A DNA stretch of 64,000 nucleotides from Amoebidium appalachense (Eukaryota > Protista > Ichthyosporea). The DNA is taken from contig CAVNZM010000005.1 of assembly GCA_963693365.1 (NCBI GenBank), forward strand, positions 12,237,728 to 12,301,727. The letters are read 5' to 3'. The translations under genes were made by a program, and so were the position numbers. Shown here piece after piece: positions 44,487-58,364 of this stretch (the stretch's first letter is position 1; each line of letters starts with the position of its first letter). The notes under the pieces were generated by a model that did no database searches, was not told the DNA's origin, and worked only from the letters and a program-made list of their open reading frames with translations.

Positions 44487-47400
44487 TGTAAACAACTGTT
44501 TACATTGGCGACCGCGCAGTTCAAGAATCTCGCATCCTTCGAATCTCACATCTTTCAATCAGTTCAAGAATCTCACATCTTTCAATCAGCTTAAGAATCT
44601 CCCATGGCCGATCACAATCCTTTTTACCCCGATGATAGGCACATCTTTCCTTGTCCGGCTTAGAATATATACACCGACAAGTTTGAAGTGGCCAGCCCAC
44701 CTACACGGAAAGAATTGAAAGCATGTAAAACTTCTTTTGCTACGACACATCAAAAATGTGAAGAAAAACGAACACACAACGAAACAACGAATACACGAAC
44801 AAACGAATAAAGAATTGCTAACGAAGCAATGAACCAACGAAAAACGAACCATCACGAATACGCAATGAAATAAAGAGTTAACGACAAGCGAATGCATAGA
44901 GGAAATACGAAATGAATGCAACACAAAACAAAACAAAGTAACGAAGTTATCAAACGACAAAAAACGAAAAACGAAAGCAAAATGAAATGGAAACACGAAA
45001 ATGAAAAGAACGAATGCACAACACTGCTTAGGTTGCAATGCACACGGCCCCCTCTATGTTACGAAGAAAAGAAAACCGTTGCCCTTGCGTGCATTGCGCT
45101 ATTGCACACTGTCATCGTGTCCATGCCACCACGTGCACGTCCACACTCGCAACCCAGATGCACGGCCACTTTCAGCACAAATGCACTTAACGAAGAAGAT
45201 AGTCGCTGTTGCTATAGCATGTAGGACCTAAGATCTTATGAAAGTAGTGTTGCATGCATGCTTCGAATCCCTTGCTGTTCTCGAATACAGCATGCCCCAT
45301 AGTTTAGCGCACAGGATGCACATGCGCATGAATGTATGCTGGCATGCCTAAACACATTACGAACATATGCCTGACTCATGTATGGCGGCCCTTCCTGGTG
45401 CCACGCCCTAACGAATTTGCACTCTTGGTGCACAAAAGGCATGTAATAAAGTCGATGCAGAACTTTTGTTCATGCATGTGAAAAACAAAGAAGGTGTTGG
45501 GTACGAATTTTAAGGTGAATGCCCGTCTGTGGCAATACTGTGTAACATACCAATTACACTGTCAAGCCTTACACTAGCTGCCGGCACACCCCCACCAGAA
45601 CAAAAGAATGTGGTATGGGCACCGCTCCCTCACAACCCCATCATAAAGTGTCAGTATTTTGGCTGGAAGCCTTTCAGTTTCGAATTACGAATACCCTCCT
45701 TCACTACTGAAGAAAGTGACGTGGAAGACGAATACGAATACGAATGCAAGGTGTTGTTGACTAACACATCGGACCATCATGTGTACCTAGGCCCTGGTAC
45801 GGAGGTGACCATGTTATTCCCTTGCAATATGATGACACTGTAACAATTTAGCACGTGCATACCCCACCAATGGGCACATGCGGGAGACAACCCCACAAGC
45901 TGCCTTATTGGGCACCTCTGCTAAAACGAATATTCTTCTCACGAAGGAACAGAAGAATGCCACGAACACGAACCACACACTCACCAGGCAGCTACTTACA
46001 TCTAATGTATGTAAGAAGTAGGGTGTGTGAACGGGGTAACTTCATGAACACCAACACGAAAGAAAGCACAGCACAAAGCAGTTCCACGAATACGAATGGT
46101 TTTGGTATTCCACATAACGAACAGAACCTACAGTAGGGCCACCTACAAATGAAGCAGAGGATGGGGCACCATCCAGACCTGCACTGGAGGATATGAAAAC
46201 ACGAAGCGCGCTCACGAAGTTGCTTACAAAAGAAAGGGCGACTGTGACGACTTTTCTTTTTAGGCCAAGCCTCCAGAAGAATGTATTATGCCTGGAATCC
46301 CCCTGCTCAACGGAAATGGCTGGCAAATGGGATACGAAAACTGCTCACGAATGGAAGCATGTGTTTTCTGAAGAAGACTTGCTCTGCCTACCCTCTTCTT
46401 ATGAATTATGAACCGGGTTTTTAATGGTTCTGACGGGCTGATATATTTCTTTATGTCGCCCAACGAAGAACACTTAGGGCATTCTTATTCATGTTATTCC
46501 CGGCTCCGATGATGCAGGGTTAAAGCTGAAAGGAAAGAAGTGCTCTTTGTTCATGAAAGAAGTGGCTTTTCCGGCCATGGTGACTCGCCTTACAGTCTTA
46601 AGGTAGAACCGGGATAAGGAGCAGTGGCTAAGCCTTGAAGCTATCCACCACTACCTGAGCTACGAAGTGACCTAAGGCTTGAGTTATATTCATTATCGAA
46701 TGTTTGGTATGATCATTCATCCACACAACTAAATTACTCGCAATTGAAAACGAATCTGCGGGAGTGTCCTAAAAAGGAAAAATTCCCCAAAAAGGAAAAT
46801 ATTACTTCTACAGAAAAGGCCAAGCACAGAGACGAAGCGAACAATCCGCACGCACACTCTGCAACAATCTTCGCCACGAAAATGAAATCACAGAAGAATG
46901 CTGCATGAATTTACGTTTTGGCAAATGAAGAAGTGCTCATAGACGTGCACAACTCTATTCAACCGTCCTTGCTCTGTTCTGCCCAGCAGCTCGGCGCACA
47001 AGAATTCTCGCTGAAGGTTGTTTATCGCCTCTCAGCCTGGTGGTTTGCTTGCCTAACGACACCACCAGGCTCCCGACAAGGGGGGGAGTGTAAACAACTG
47101 TACACATGAACTGTACATGTTTACTAAAGAATGTGATCTACTAGCACACGATTCGTGCTTTGTCATGAATATCACATAAATATTATGTCCGCACCAATAG
47201 GACTCACTCTGACCTAAGAATTGAACCATATATGGTTCTTCCGCTGCATACCACATAAACGAAGTGAACCAATAAGAGGTTTGCATAAATAGGACGAAGG
47301 TCTGACTGGCTCGGACCGCACCAGAATCACGAATGGCATGTTGCCACCCGCGCTGGCCGCGGATGAACCAATCCTGGGCCTTGATCCGAAACCTGGGGGC

Positions 47401-47581
47401 TATATAAGAAAGCCGTCCCAGTACGGGGATCACATCAGTGAAGTCTGAGACAGACTGAGTCGGCCCATAGTAAAAGCAACCTGGCCGCGTGTGCCTTTCT
47501 ACCCGTTCTCTGTCTTTATTTTGATTCAGTTGTACTCTGCCTTATCCTAACTAGTCCAACTGTTTACATTAGTTGTTTACA
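44487..47581 (+). mobile_element. Decayed, internally deleted Ty3/Gypsy LTR retrotransposon
   Basis: CCCCC on both flanks (possible TSD); PBS-like TGGCGACC at 44506; RT relic IMNRVF...EEHL...AGLKLKGKKC..F..EVAF (46405-46570); RNase H tail QEFSLKVVYR (~47000-47028); PPT AAGGGGGGGAG at 47078-47088; 3' LTR with TG...CA termini. Confidence 0.8.
47089..47581 (+). repeat. 3' LTR (493 bp)
   Basis: Starts TGTAAACAACT directly after the PPT and ends AGTTGTTTACA (perfect 11-bp inverted termini); TATATAA at 47401. Confidence 0.75.
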
Positions 47582-47667
47582 CCCCCCCCACCCCTCCTTC
47601 CTTCCCCCCCCCCCCTCCCCCCCGCCCAGTTCTCCTCTCCCCGTCAGGACACACACAGACACATACA

Positions 47668-47712
<45 letters not shown>

Positions 47713-49254
47713 CAAAAGACAAGCGCGCACACACACAAAAAAAACACACGCACAAGCGTGCACTCACACACATTTCGGACAGATACACACACACATGCGT
47801 GCGCGGACGCGCGCACACACACACACACAGAGAGACACACGCACACACGCACACACACATACACACATACACGCACACATGCAAACACACACATACACCC
47901 ACACACACACACACACACACACACGTGCAAACCATCACAACCACCACACATCCTAATACACTGCATAGATAAAAATAACATTCTTACAAAGCCGACAGCC
48001 ATAAACTAATGCTTGCAGCAAGTACCATGTGATTCTTAATGCATCACCACCAACTCTTACAAAAATGGTACTAAATTGTTCACAGCGCGTTGTTAATCCC
48101 TCCCTCCCTCCCTCCCTCCCTCCCTCCCCCCGCCCCTCCCCCCCATAAAGGGAAAAAAGGGAACAAACCAACAAACCAAAAAAAAAAATTTACCGGGAAA
48201 AATATGACTGCCAAATGTGTTCTCAGAAGTCTTCTTACAAAGGAAGAAACAAATGAGAAAAGGAAGATTCAAACAATAAAATAATAACAAAAGAAAACCA
48301 ACACCCGCCACTTTCGGGTTTGAAATCTGCATCTCCTGCGATTCGCCTCTTGCGATCTCTGGCCCGATATGATTGGCTCCCGAGCCCAGATCGCTCTTGG
48401 ATGACTCTGAGCCAACGAATCTGCCCAAAGTAACCAAAACAAACGGGCAAGGGTCAAAAAAAAAACAAAAAAAAATAAGGCCTCTTAAATAGAATTCCAT
48501 ATGGAAGGCCTTGTTAACAACATGTTGGTATGAGCCTATCGAAAGTACCCAACGTAACCAAAGCAAACGAGCAAGGGTCAAAAACCAAGACCTTCTCTGT
48601 GTATGCGCTCGATATTGAAGGCCTTGTTTATAACACATGTTGTTGACGTGCCAAGGATGATGCATCATACACTAATTGGCCAATCCACTCGTTCTCACCA
48701 CCAAACATCACCACCAAGATCAGCACATACAGGCGCACCACATGTTGCAAATCATCACATCCCTCACAAACATTAGAGTCTCCGTCGAATAAAAACTTTG
48801 TTCTTTCCTTATTTCAACCATATTTACCCACCCCCATTGCCTTCCTCCTTCCCCCTTCCCCCCCCTCCCCGCCTCCCACCCTTCCCCCCCCCCCCCCCCC
48901 CCTCCCCCAACACACACACACACCCCACCACCTTCACCATCCCTTCACACAATCCCACGGAGAAACACAAATTGCATTAATCACAAGAACACTTCCTTCT
49001 TTTCTCAGAGGCATGCCCGATCGAATCTTTCAACACCATCTCCCACCACCAAAGCACCACCACACCTTATCTCATGCCTTACTAATCCAACTGATCAAGC
49101 ACAATCAAAGACGATCGAACGTAAAAGCATTAGTAAGGCAGGAGTCCACTTAACCCCAGAAGATTATCTCCGCATTCCGGCTATCATCCTCACTTCCGCA
49201 CGACCTTTTTCTTGACACAGTCATCCCCTTCCCACCGGCCCCCCTCCTCCCCCC

Positions 49255-49294
<40 letters not shown>

Positions 49295-49590
49295 CCACCA
49301 CCACCACCACCATAGCCAAGCAACACCCCAGCTCGCATGACAAGTCAAACAGTGAAAGATACAGAAGACAGAAATAATAAGAAAGAGCAAATACATTCCA
49401 TAGTACCAAAGAACACAACCTTCGCCCACTACGGGCACAGCAAACCACTTCCAGCAAAATAGACAAGTGACACTACTAAACAAAAATGACTAAGCTTTGC
49501 AACCCACATGCTCTCCTCTTTTGAATGTTTTTTTAGAATTCGGGTATCCCGCTCTCATAAATCCATTTCATGCAGTCCCCCACCCCCGGC

Positions 49591-49643
<53 letters not shown>

Positions 49644-49775
49644 GGGGGAGTAGGTCAATGGAGTTTATGTGCCTTTGCTTCTTTTCTTCGCCTCCTCCCT
49701 CCTCTTCTTGTTCTTCTTCTTCTTCTCTCTCTCTCTCCCTCTCTCTCCCCACATCTCTCTCCCTCTCTCTCCCCA

Positions 49776-49939
<164 letters not shown>

Positions 49940-50799
49940 CCCCCCCCCTCTCTCCCCCCCTCTCTCCCTCTCTCCCTCTCCCCCTCCCTCTCCCCCCCTC
50001 CCTCTCTCTCTCCCTCTTTCTCTCTCCCTTCCCCCGTGTGTGTGTGCACGTGCTTTAAGCGTGTGCATGTGTATGTGTGTATATGTGCTTTGTGTGTATG
50101 TGGCTTTGTGTGTGTGTGTGTGCGTGCGCGTGCGTGCGTGCGTGCGTGTGCATGTATGTATGTGCTTCTATAGTATTTTCAGGAGATAAAAGGCTACCAG
50201 AACCGAAACAACCCCTATACTCTCCGAGAACACACAGAAGCGAGAACAAGAAATCCAGAAGCATCAATACACAGCCGATATATTACATGCCAGCACATAG
50301 TCAGCCGGCCATGTAAAACTAAGTTGATAAAGCCATCTCTCTCTTCTTCTCCCCCTCCCCTTACCTCTACCCCACTTTCACCCCTTTCCGGCCTTCCCTC
50401 CTCCTGCCCCTCCCCCTGCACCTCGCTTGCCCCCCCCCACCTTAGCCCACCCCCCAACCCCCACCCCACCCCATCCCGGCCCTCTCTCCCCCTCCGGGAT
50501 TCCCCCTTTCCCCTCCCCCCTTCCCCTTCCCCTATTTTCCCTTTAATGCTACCTACTCTCTTTCTCTCAACCCACAAAACCTCCCAACTATACGCAACCA
50601 GCCAGAAGGCTTGTCTCGATCTTCCCTATCTTCCTCCCGCACTCGTATTCCTGACTCCTGTCTCCCCTCCCCTCTCCTCCTTTTCCTCCCCACTTAACAG
50701 GGCTATATACCTATGCATATGCTGCCCCCTATCTGCTCTCTGGTAGAACAAAAGACTCCTTTCCGTAGGCAGATCTGCACACTCGCTGTGGGAGATGGT

Positions 50800-51300
50800 T
50801 GCATGCCACTGAGTGGTTTTTGAGGCTCCTGGGTGCAAGTTTCAACGTCTTCGATCACCCCATAGTTGCTGGGCTGCTGGTTGGGGAACCAGAACCTAAC
50901 ATGAGTGATGTGTTGCATGGCACACGGAAAACAGCATTTACTCCTATCTCCGAGCTCTATCTGTTTCTCAATGGAAGATAACGTGGTATATATCCTACGA
51001 GTTTAGCGATAACACCCAACAAATCATGTCGTGTGTGTAACAGGTTGGATGTTCGCACGTGCGAATCGTTCTCTAGACTCGTAGCTGTATAATTCCTATA
51101 GCAGGTAAGGGTTTTGGTACGGAAGTATCTAAATAAAAAAGGCGGCCTCTTCTAACCGTTATCCACACACACCTTTTCAGAGGCCTCAAGCAGTTGAACC
51201 TCCCACACGGTGCCCACATCCTCAGCCATCGCACTGGAATGTGGTAATAAGGGCGTTGGGCAGACACGCTTAGTCATCCTGGGTGATGTGTTGTATCCTC
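50800..51300 (-). pseudogene. Probable Penelope-like RT relic
   Basis: LYSYE at 51078-51092, an RY motif downstream, then F.P...P.NYGV (YGV at 50856-50864), in the expected order. A related nucleotide tract (AGACTCGTAG) lies near 14923. Confidence 0.35.
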
Positions 51301-52169
51301 CGGAAGTGGAACTCCGCTTTGCCCCATCTTCTGAAACAATTGGGAAGTTTTAGGCAGTGCCCTCGGATGTGGCTACGTCTGACATCAGAGTCTGGGGACT
51401 GGCCAAATGGCGTTTTTTCTTTATTAAGCTAGAGCCAAGGAAACTTAATGAAAGCATGCCCAAAGCTATCCTAACATCAGACCTGTAATTACCTTTTTCC
51501 TGGGCGGGTTCGTGCTTGCTCGGCGGCCTTTCAGGGTCTTCCTGGCCTCTCCCTTCTTCCCCTTGATCGTCTCCTGTTTCTGACTCTGGAGAACCGAACC
51601 CCAAGGCACTACTTTCCATTTCCCCGCACTGCAAAGGATTTTCGTATTCTTGGGACCCCAATTGTGGCTTCTCAAGCAGACCTCTGGCTATTGTTTTAGG
51701 AAAAAGAGAGTGTACTCCGTCCCAGTGTATATGTATCACATGTTTGGTGTTAACACGGCTAATGCTAGCTATTGAATGGTTGGCTTGGAAATGGGGAGAA
51801 ACTTCAGATAGATTGTGCACGAGACTGCTAATAAGTAAATATCAAGGCTGGCCAGTTCAAGGTCAGAAAGGAACAAGGGAAGCCTTCGCAAAAGGAAACT
51901 CTCAGGCTCCGACAGGTCGAGGTCGATCGAGAGATTGTTTGGAGGGCGCAAGGCTTAATGACGTCACGAATGCAGTATGAGCCAATCAGCGTGTAATTAT
52001 GGTAGTCTACGCTCTGTATTTTGGCGCGAAACTTGCCCGGGCGCCGCCCCAACTTCTTTCAGGGGTGCACGACTGCACGTGCATATATGCGGGCAGCCCC
52101 GCCGCTTATTGGTCACGGCAGTTCAGCATAGCACAGTGCAGGCTTGCTACCACCTACTGAGGCTACCAC

Positions 52170-52192
52170 CTACTGAGGCGGTGTCTCCTTTC

Positions 52193-52224
<32 letters not shown>

Positions 52225-52403
52225 AAAAGGGACCGCCTGAGTAGATGTTAAAACGTCGCACGTGCGGCAACACGTCAGTACGTGTTAGCTACTGAGGCGG
52301 TGTCTCCTTTCTTTTTTTTTTTTTTTTTTTTTTTTGCTTAAAAGGGGCCGGCCTGAGTAGATGTATAACGTCGCACGTGCGGCAACACGTCAGTACGTGT
52401 TAG
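52170..52403. repeat. Two-copy tandem duplication (about 117 bp) of a hairpin with a poly-T loop
   Basis: CTACTGAGGCGGTGTCTCCTTTC(T)n..AAAAGGG(A/G)CC..CCTGAGTAGATGT..AACGTCGCACGTGCGGCAACACGTCAGTACGTGTTAG occurs twice. Confidence 0.85.
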
Positions 52404-52404
52404 A

Positions 52405-53053
52405 CAGGCTTGATAAAAGCAAGGGCCTTGCCTAACCCATGGCCCAGCCCCTCCGGATCCATGGCATTCTGCAGCTGGCACGCCACTATTTTTCCCCCAT
52501 TGGCCGCCGTGCGAAGGATTCATCAATCCGGAATGTGTACTACACAATGAGCTTGAGAGGGGCAGGCATGCATCCGGCTGCAGGCAGTGATCATGACACC
52601 GCTTAGGCTTTTTTGATTTTGAAACGGGGAGGGGGGTAGTAGTAAGTTGGGGGGGGGGGGGGGGGGGGGGGACCCACCACCCCTCTGCTGGCTGGGGAAG
52701 GGCGGGGGGGGGGGGACCCACCACAACCCAGGGGGGGGGGGGGGGGGGGGGGAGGGGGGGGGGGAGGGGGCTACCCAAATATGACTAATTTAAATTAATA
52801 TGTACAAGTAGGTCTGTGCGCCGGCTGTCGCCGGCGCCAAAACATAACGAGACAGTTATTGATGTTGGGTTGTGTGGTTTTTACCTCCCTCTCCCCTCCC
52901 CCCGGCCCCCCCCCCTCCCTCGCCCTCACGCTTCCCCCCCCCCCCCCCCCCCCCGCCCCCCCACCTCACGCTTCCTCCCCCCTCCCCCCCCCCCCCCCCC
53001 CAAATCCTGCAGTTGCCGGATCTGCCAAACGTTATGACCCCTTTCCCTTTCAT

Positions 53054-53085
<32 letters not shown>

Positions 53086-53479
53086 TTTCTTGCCACACTG
53101 TGTTATCAGTCTAGGGCCGGGAGAGATTGCCATTGCCGAAGTACCAAGTTTACTTGTGGTCCTCCAAAAACATGTAGCTGAAAACCACCAAGTGCAATAT
53201 GTTCTAAATTGCTTGCAAAAAATTTATAATATTTTTATTATTTTGTTGTTTTACTTATTTTACAGAACTGTTTGGTAACCCGATGATATGCATGGACAGG
53301 CAATAAAACTTTCCACGTGCACTGAGTGCCAGGTGGGCAACATATTTCAGTGAAGTCTGGAATTGGCACCCCCCCCGAAATGTTCCCGAAAATAAAATCA
53401 TCATTCTACGGTGTGTGTCAATATACCATGCTCACAAGTCAGTACTGCGATTATACTATTCTCAGTTTACTTCAAAGCA

Positions 53480-53526
<47 letters not shown>

Positions 53527-54031
53527 CCCTCTTCCCATTCCCTGCCCCCCCAAATTTTTTTAAGTTATGCTTTTCATACTCAGTGACTGCAATCATGGCA
53601 CCCGTGTTTTCTAGATATATTTCCTTTCATTGTGTTCAACGTCTATGTGTGTGTGTGTGTGTGTGTGTGTGCATGTTTGTGTGTGTGTGAATGTGTGTGT
53701 GTGGGCCAACTGAAGGTTGTATGCGTTTTTTTCTTCTTAGTTGTTTTTGTATTCTATTCGATTATTACTTTGTGTGTAAATGTGGAAAAAAAACAAATAA
53801 AAAAAATTACCAATGACCACCGCCCAGCTTGAATCACCCTAGCTCTAGTGTAAAACAATAATCATTATCAGTCACAAACCCTTCTACTACACTCGCCCCA
53901 AATGTCATATTCACATTACTGAGTTGATTTAGTTGTGTTTTTTACTCTATTTTTTTCAACAACTGTCTGCTATTAAAACATTAAAATGTACATGTGTTTG
54001 TGTGTGTGTGTGTGTGTGTGTGCCACAGGCC

Positions 54032-54078
<47 letters not shown>

Positions 54079-55078
54079 ATATAGAATTTACCGTCCTCAT
54101 CCCCGTGTCCCCCTAAACCGGTGTTAGCAGACCTTTGAGGTTTTTGTGATTGGATTGGTAGTTCTATTACATTAAAATTTTCAAAATGTCGTTGTACCAA
54201 TGATATAATACGTTGTAAAACAAATGTCGCCGAATTTCTCCAAAAAAAGTGCGTTCCATTCTGGGTTAGAAACCAAAACCGTTTTGATACGGGAATCACC
54301 TGATCTCTGCCGTCATTCAGCCCAGCGCGTTCACAGTGAATCCGAAACCGCTGGTTTTTTTCTTTTTATTTCAAAGCCCCGAGTACGTACATCCTCTCGG
54401 GCCCAACTTTACGGCACTATATTTCAATTTTCTCATGATCAAATATATAGTTATTTTAGGCTTTTTCATTAGTATCGCAAGAATATTCAGCGATTTTGAT
54501 GTCATAAAAACAACTAAGCAACGTTTCGATGGTTTTTGATGCCTCACAAAATGACCTTAGGTCCCCTCCAAATTCCGGATTTGAGGTCCGGCACTAAAAA
54601 AGGTGCGTTCCATTCTGGGTTAGAAACGAAAACCGTTTTGATACGGAAATCACCTGATCTCTGCCGTCATTCAGCCCAGCGCGTTCACAGTAGACTCCGA
54701 AACCGCTGGTTTTTTTCTTTTTATTTCAAAGCCCCGAGTACGTACATCCTCTCGGGCCCAACTTTAGGGCACTATATTTCAATTTTCTCATTATCAAATA
54801 TATAGTTATTTTAGGCTTTTTCATTGGTATCGCAAGAATATTTAGCGATTTTGATGTCATAAAAACAACTAAGCAACGTTTCTATGGTTTTTGATGCCTC
54901 ACAAAATGGCCTTTGGTCCCCTCCAAATTCCGGATTTGAGGTCCGGCAAACAACGCATTATATATATTGATAATATTGGACCAACTTGAAAACATATTGG
55001 CATTGGCACATAGTATATCCACTAATTGGTATCAATTATCAGGCCCTGGGTCAAATTGGACCTGCTTCAAGCTAGGCA

Positions 55079-55117
<39 letters not shown>

Positions 55118-55577
55118 TGGGGCCGGGCTCCCTCCCTTCCCCCTCTACGCCCCTCTTAAGATTTCATACCGAGACCGCAATGACTGGTTGCCCATGACCA
55201 CTGATTTCTCGACAATGTACAGTAAAGCACCCTTGCACACGCAGCTGCTAGGCACACACACGTGCGCGCACGCTCTCCATTACGCTCATGATCACAGACT
55301 GCCGTAGGGTACTATGCTATTCTCTGTGGTGGCCCATAATGATGCGCGCGCGCACACGTGGCACACATTCTGAATTCCTTTTTTCCTCTCTAACTGCTTC
55401 CCCTTATCCTTTCCCCCCTCCCCCCCTTCCCCCCACCACCACCACCATCACACCACCACCACCACCGCCGCGCCCTCTTTTTCGCTCTTTATCTATCCCC
55501 ACCCCCCCCCCTCTCCGCCCACCACCACCACCATCACACCACCACCCACCGCGCCCCTCTTTTTCGCTCTTTATCTA

Positions 55578-55624
<47 letters not shown>

Positions 55625-56311
55625 GGCAGATTCATCCATGCATCATGCGCCATCATGCATGCTCATCATTTGCAATTGAACAACAGAAACACACACACGC
55701 ACATATTATGGCAAGTCAGACAGACGCGTGCAGATTTGTGCCAAAGAATTTCGGAGCTATCTCAATCACTGACACACACACACACAACACACACACACAT
55801 ATGCACACAAACGCACACACAGACAAACACGCACCGAGACACACATGCACAGTGACACCCACACGTGCGCACACACCGGGCCCTCTTCTCTAGCACACAC
55901 GTGAAATGCCATGTAATTTTGCACATGCTAAGCGCGTTGCGTCCACACAGCTTGCACATGTGGCACGACGTTTCAAAACTCACACACTGTCAGGCCACTA
56001 CAGTGATTAGCAGTGTCGAATGCCCGCCCACCTTAAGGACACATACACACACGGTCCCACGTCTACACCACACAAAAATTGCAGACGCACACTCCCAGTG
56101 ACATGTTGTGCATGATAGATTTGCCCTAACTTTGTCAGAATTCGAAGTGTGCTGGTTAAAACGAAGGGAAGAAGACTTAGTACAAACTTTAAGTTGGTGA
56201 TGGCGGTGGATGAGAGAGGGGGAGGGGGGGGGAGGCGAGCGTCCCAGAACTTGAGAGGGTACGCAGCCGCGGCCGGCGCGGAGGGTCCCGTTGGATGCCC
56301 CGCGCGCGGGG

Positions 56312-56358
<47 letters not shown>

Positions 56359-56783
56359 GGGGGGACCCACCACCCCATTAAAGAGGTGGGTCCGCCCCCC
56401 CCCCGGAGGGGGGGGGGGGGACCCACCACCCCGGTGGTCAGCTTAGGGAGGGGGGGGAGGGGGGGACCCACCACCAGGGGGAACCTCAATACTTACTACT
56501 GCCCACCCCCCCAGTTCAAATTCAAAGATGCCTTTAATATGTGCGGCCATGTGCACGGGCCCTTGAGGGTAGGCAACCCAGGACGTCGACCTCTCCGGGG
56601 TCACAGCAAGCGCCTACGTTGCCTGCCCCTCTCGAGCTCACGGTGTAGTACACATTCCGGATATCCCGATTGATGAATATTAATCCTTCGCACGGCGGCC
56701 AAGGGGGAAAATAGGGGCGTGCCAGAATGCCATGGAGGGGCTGGGCCATGGGTTAGGCAAGGCCCTTGCTTTTATCAAGCCTG
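52405..56783. mobile_element. Long inverted-repeat pair (about 170 bp clearly, up to ~370 bp loosely); possible non-autonomous DNA transposon or two opposed copies
   Basis: CAGGCTTGATAAAAGCAAGGGCCTTGCCTAACCCATGGCCCAGCCCC... starts at 52405 and its reverse complement ends at 56783; no transposase; flanks do not form a TSD. Confidence 0.55.
54243..54948. repeat. Two-copy tandem repeat, 354-355-bp period, high identity
   Basis: GTGCGTTCCATTCTGGGTTAGAAAC...CCGGATTTGAGGTCCGGCA occurs twice. Confidence 0.9.
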
Positions 56784-56822
56784 TATATACCTCTGGATGG
56801 GCTCGGGAAGGGGGGGAAGCCG

Positions 56823-56878
<56 letters not shown>

Positions 56879-56969
56879 GGGAAGGCGCACATGCACACGA
56901 CGGCCGGGGATCCGGAGTTCGCTGTGTCGACTCTATATATGTGTCACTTTGAGTAATGTCTCCCTACGG

Positions 56970-57000
<31 letters not shown>

Positions 57001-57619
57001 GCCGCAGGGCGTAGTAGTGCCCGCCCACTTACGTAAGCCAGTGGGTACAAGAGTGGGTACGGTGGAGCCAATGTGAGTGGTGACTACAACTCGTGCTACA
57101 AACGATTAGCAGGCTGAAAAGTCGCGGCATGCAACGCCGTGGTCTGTTGCGCCGGACGCATCTGCGATTCTGCGCAATGAGTGCGTCCTTACGTTAAAAA
57201 GGAACCAATTATTGGCGCTTATCTTGCTGAATGGAATGTTTAGAATTTTTTTTTTCGAAAAGCAACCCAGGGTTCGAATTTTAGTTTCGTGTTACTGGGC
57301 GGGCCAACTGGTCACAAGAGTTTGGTTATTTTCGCACTCAAAATCGATGATTTTGGGACTTCTCGACACCGTGCTGTTTTATCACGAATGCAAGCATAAG
57401 TAGGAGCTGCAGCTAACTAATTAGGGTGTGTGTGGGGGGGAGGGGAAGGGGGGGGGGGGGGGGGGGGGGATAGGGGGGGGGGGGGGGGGGGCTTTATTAT
57501 TCCCGTTGACGATCCGGGGAAATCGTTCAAAAAGTTTGGTATTTTACCAAACGCTTTTTGGTAATTTCGAACACTGGAAAAGTTCAATTCCTGGTATTTC
57601 GAGGGGATAAGCGGAGCAT

Positions 57620-57662
57620 TTTCATTGGCGGTCGCCTCACTCTGCAATGTGTGGTATAAAAG
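57620..57662 (+). promoter_or_regulatory. Putative core promoter of the cupredoxin-domain gene
   Basis: Reverse CCAAT (ATTGG) at 57624 and TATAAAA at 57655-57661, about 140 bp upstream of the ATG at 57798. Confidence 0.5.
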
Positions 57663-57797
57663 GGCCTAAACGGCATGGACAGCCACGACGGTTTTCAGAC
57701 TCTCGACCACCTAACCACACAACAACAGTACGAACAGACGAATGGCCTTACTGATAGCTGCCTGTATTGATTTCATCTACTAGTAGCATTAGAAAGA

Positions 57798-58309
57798 ATG
57801 CACTTACAGGCCACCGTTGTGTTGGCGGTATTATTATTTGCATCAAGTCCAACCGAAGGAAGGCAGCTTCTTCTTTCGTGGAGACCGCCCACAAACGGCG
57901 CAATCAGCCTCGCTGAACGAATAATACGTGTGGGTGATGAGGTAGTGTTCAACTTTAAGGACCGCACTAGTGTGGTCGTGTATACCAGCCAGGAAGACTG
58001 GAAACAGTGCAACGTAGCTGGAGGTAAGCAGCATATGAATAAAATATTCCTTCGTGGGCATAAGTCATTTCATGCGTACATGTCTCTTGCGCAAGCATTT
58101 GTGTGTTGTACTACATCAAATTTTGGGCCTGGTAAACGTGTCTTTTTCAGAGTTAAGGTGTGGGCTCGTTTGTGTTTCGAATATCCTTGCAGTGTGTTGT
58201 AACATTCGACAGTGTGTGCAGTGACGAGTCACGAGTTGTGTGAAACGTTTTTGCCTGGTCATGAGGAAGTTCTGTCCGTGCGTGTGCCTGAGGCCAATCA
58301 GGTTTAACG

Positions 58310-58364
<55 letters not shown>

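Noticed and set aside
48409-48643. Diverged two-copy duplication of about 120 bp
   Set aside because: Real but unremarkable local duplication with no coding or structural signal.
52405-56783. Assignment of the inverted-repeat pair to the hAT superfamily
   Set aside because: CAGG termini are compatible, but the 8-bp flanks (GTGTTAGA versus TATATACC) do not match and no transposase is present.
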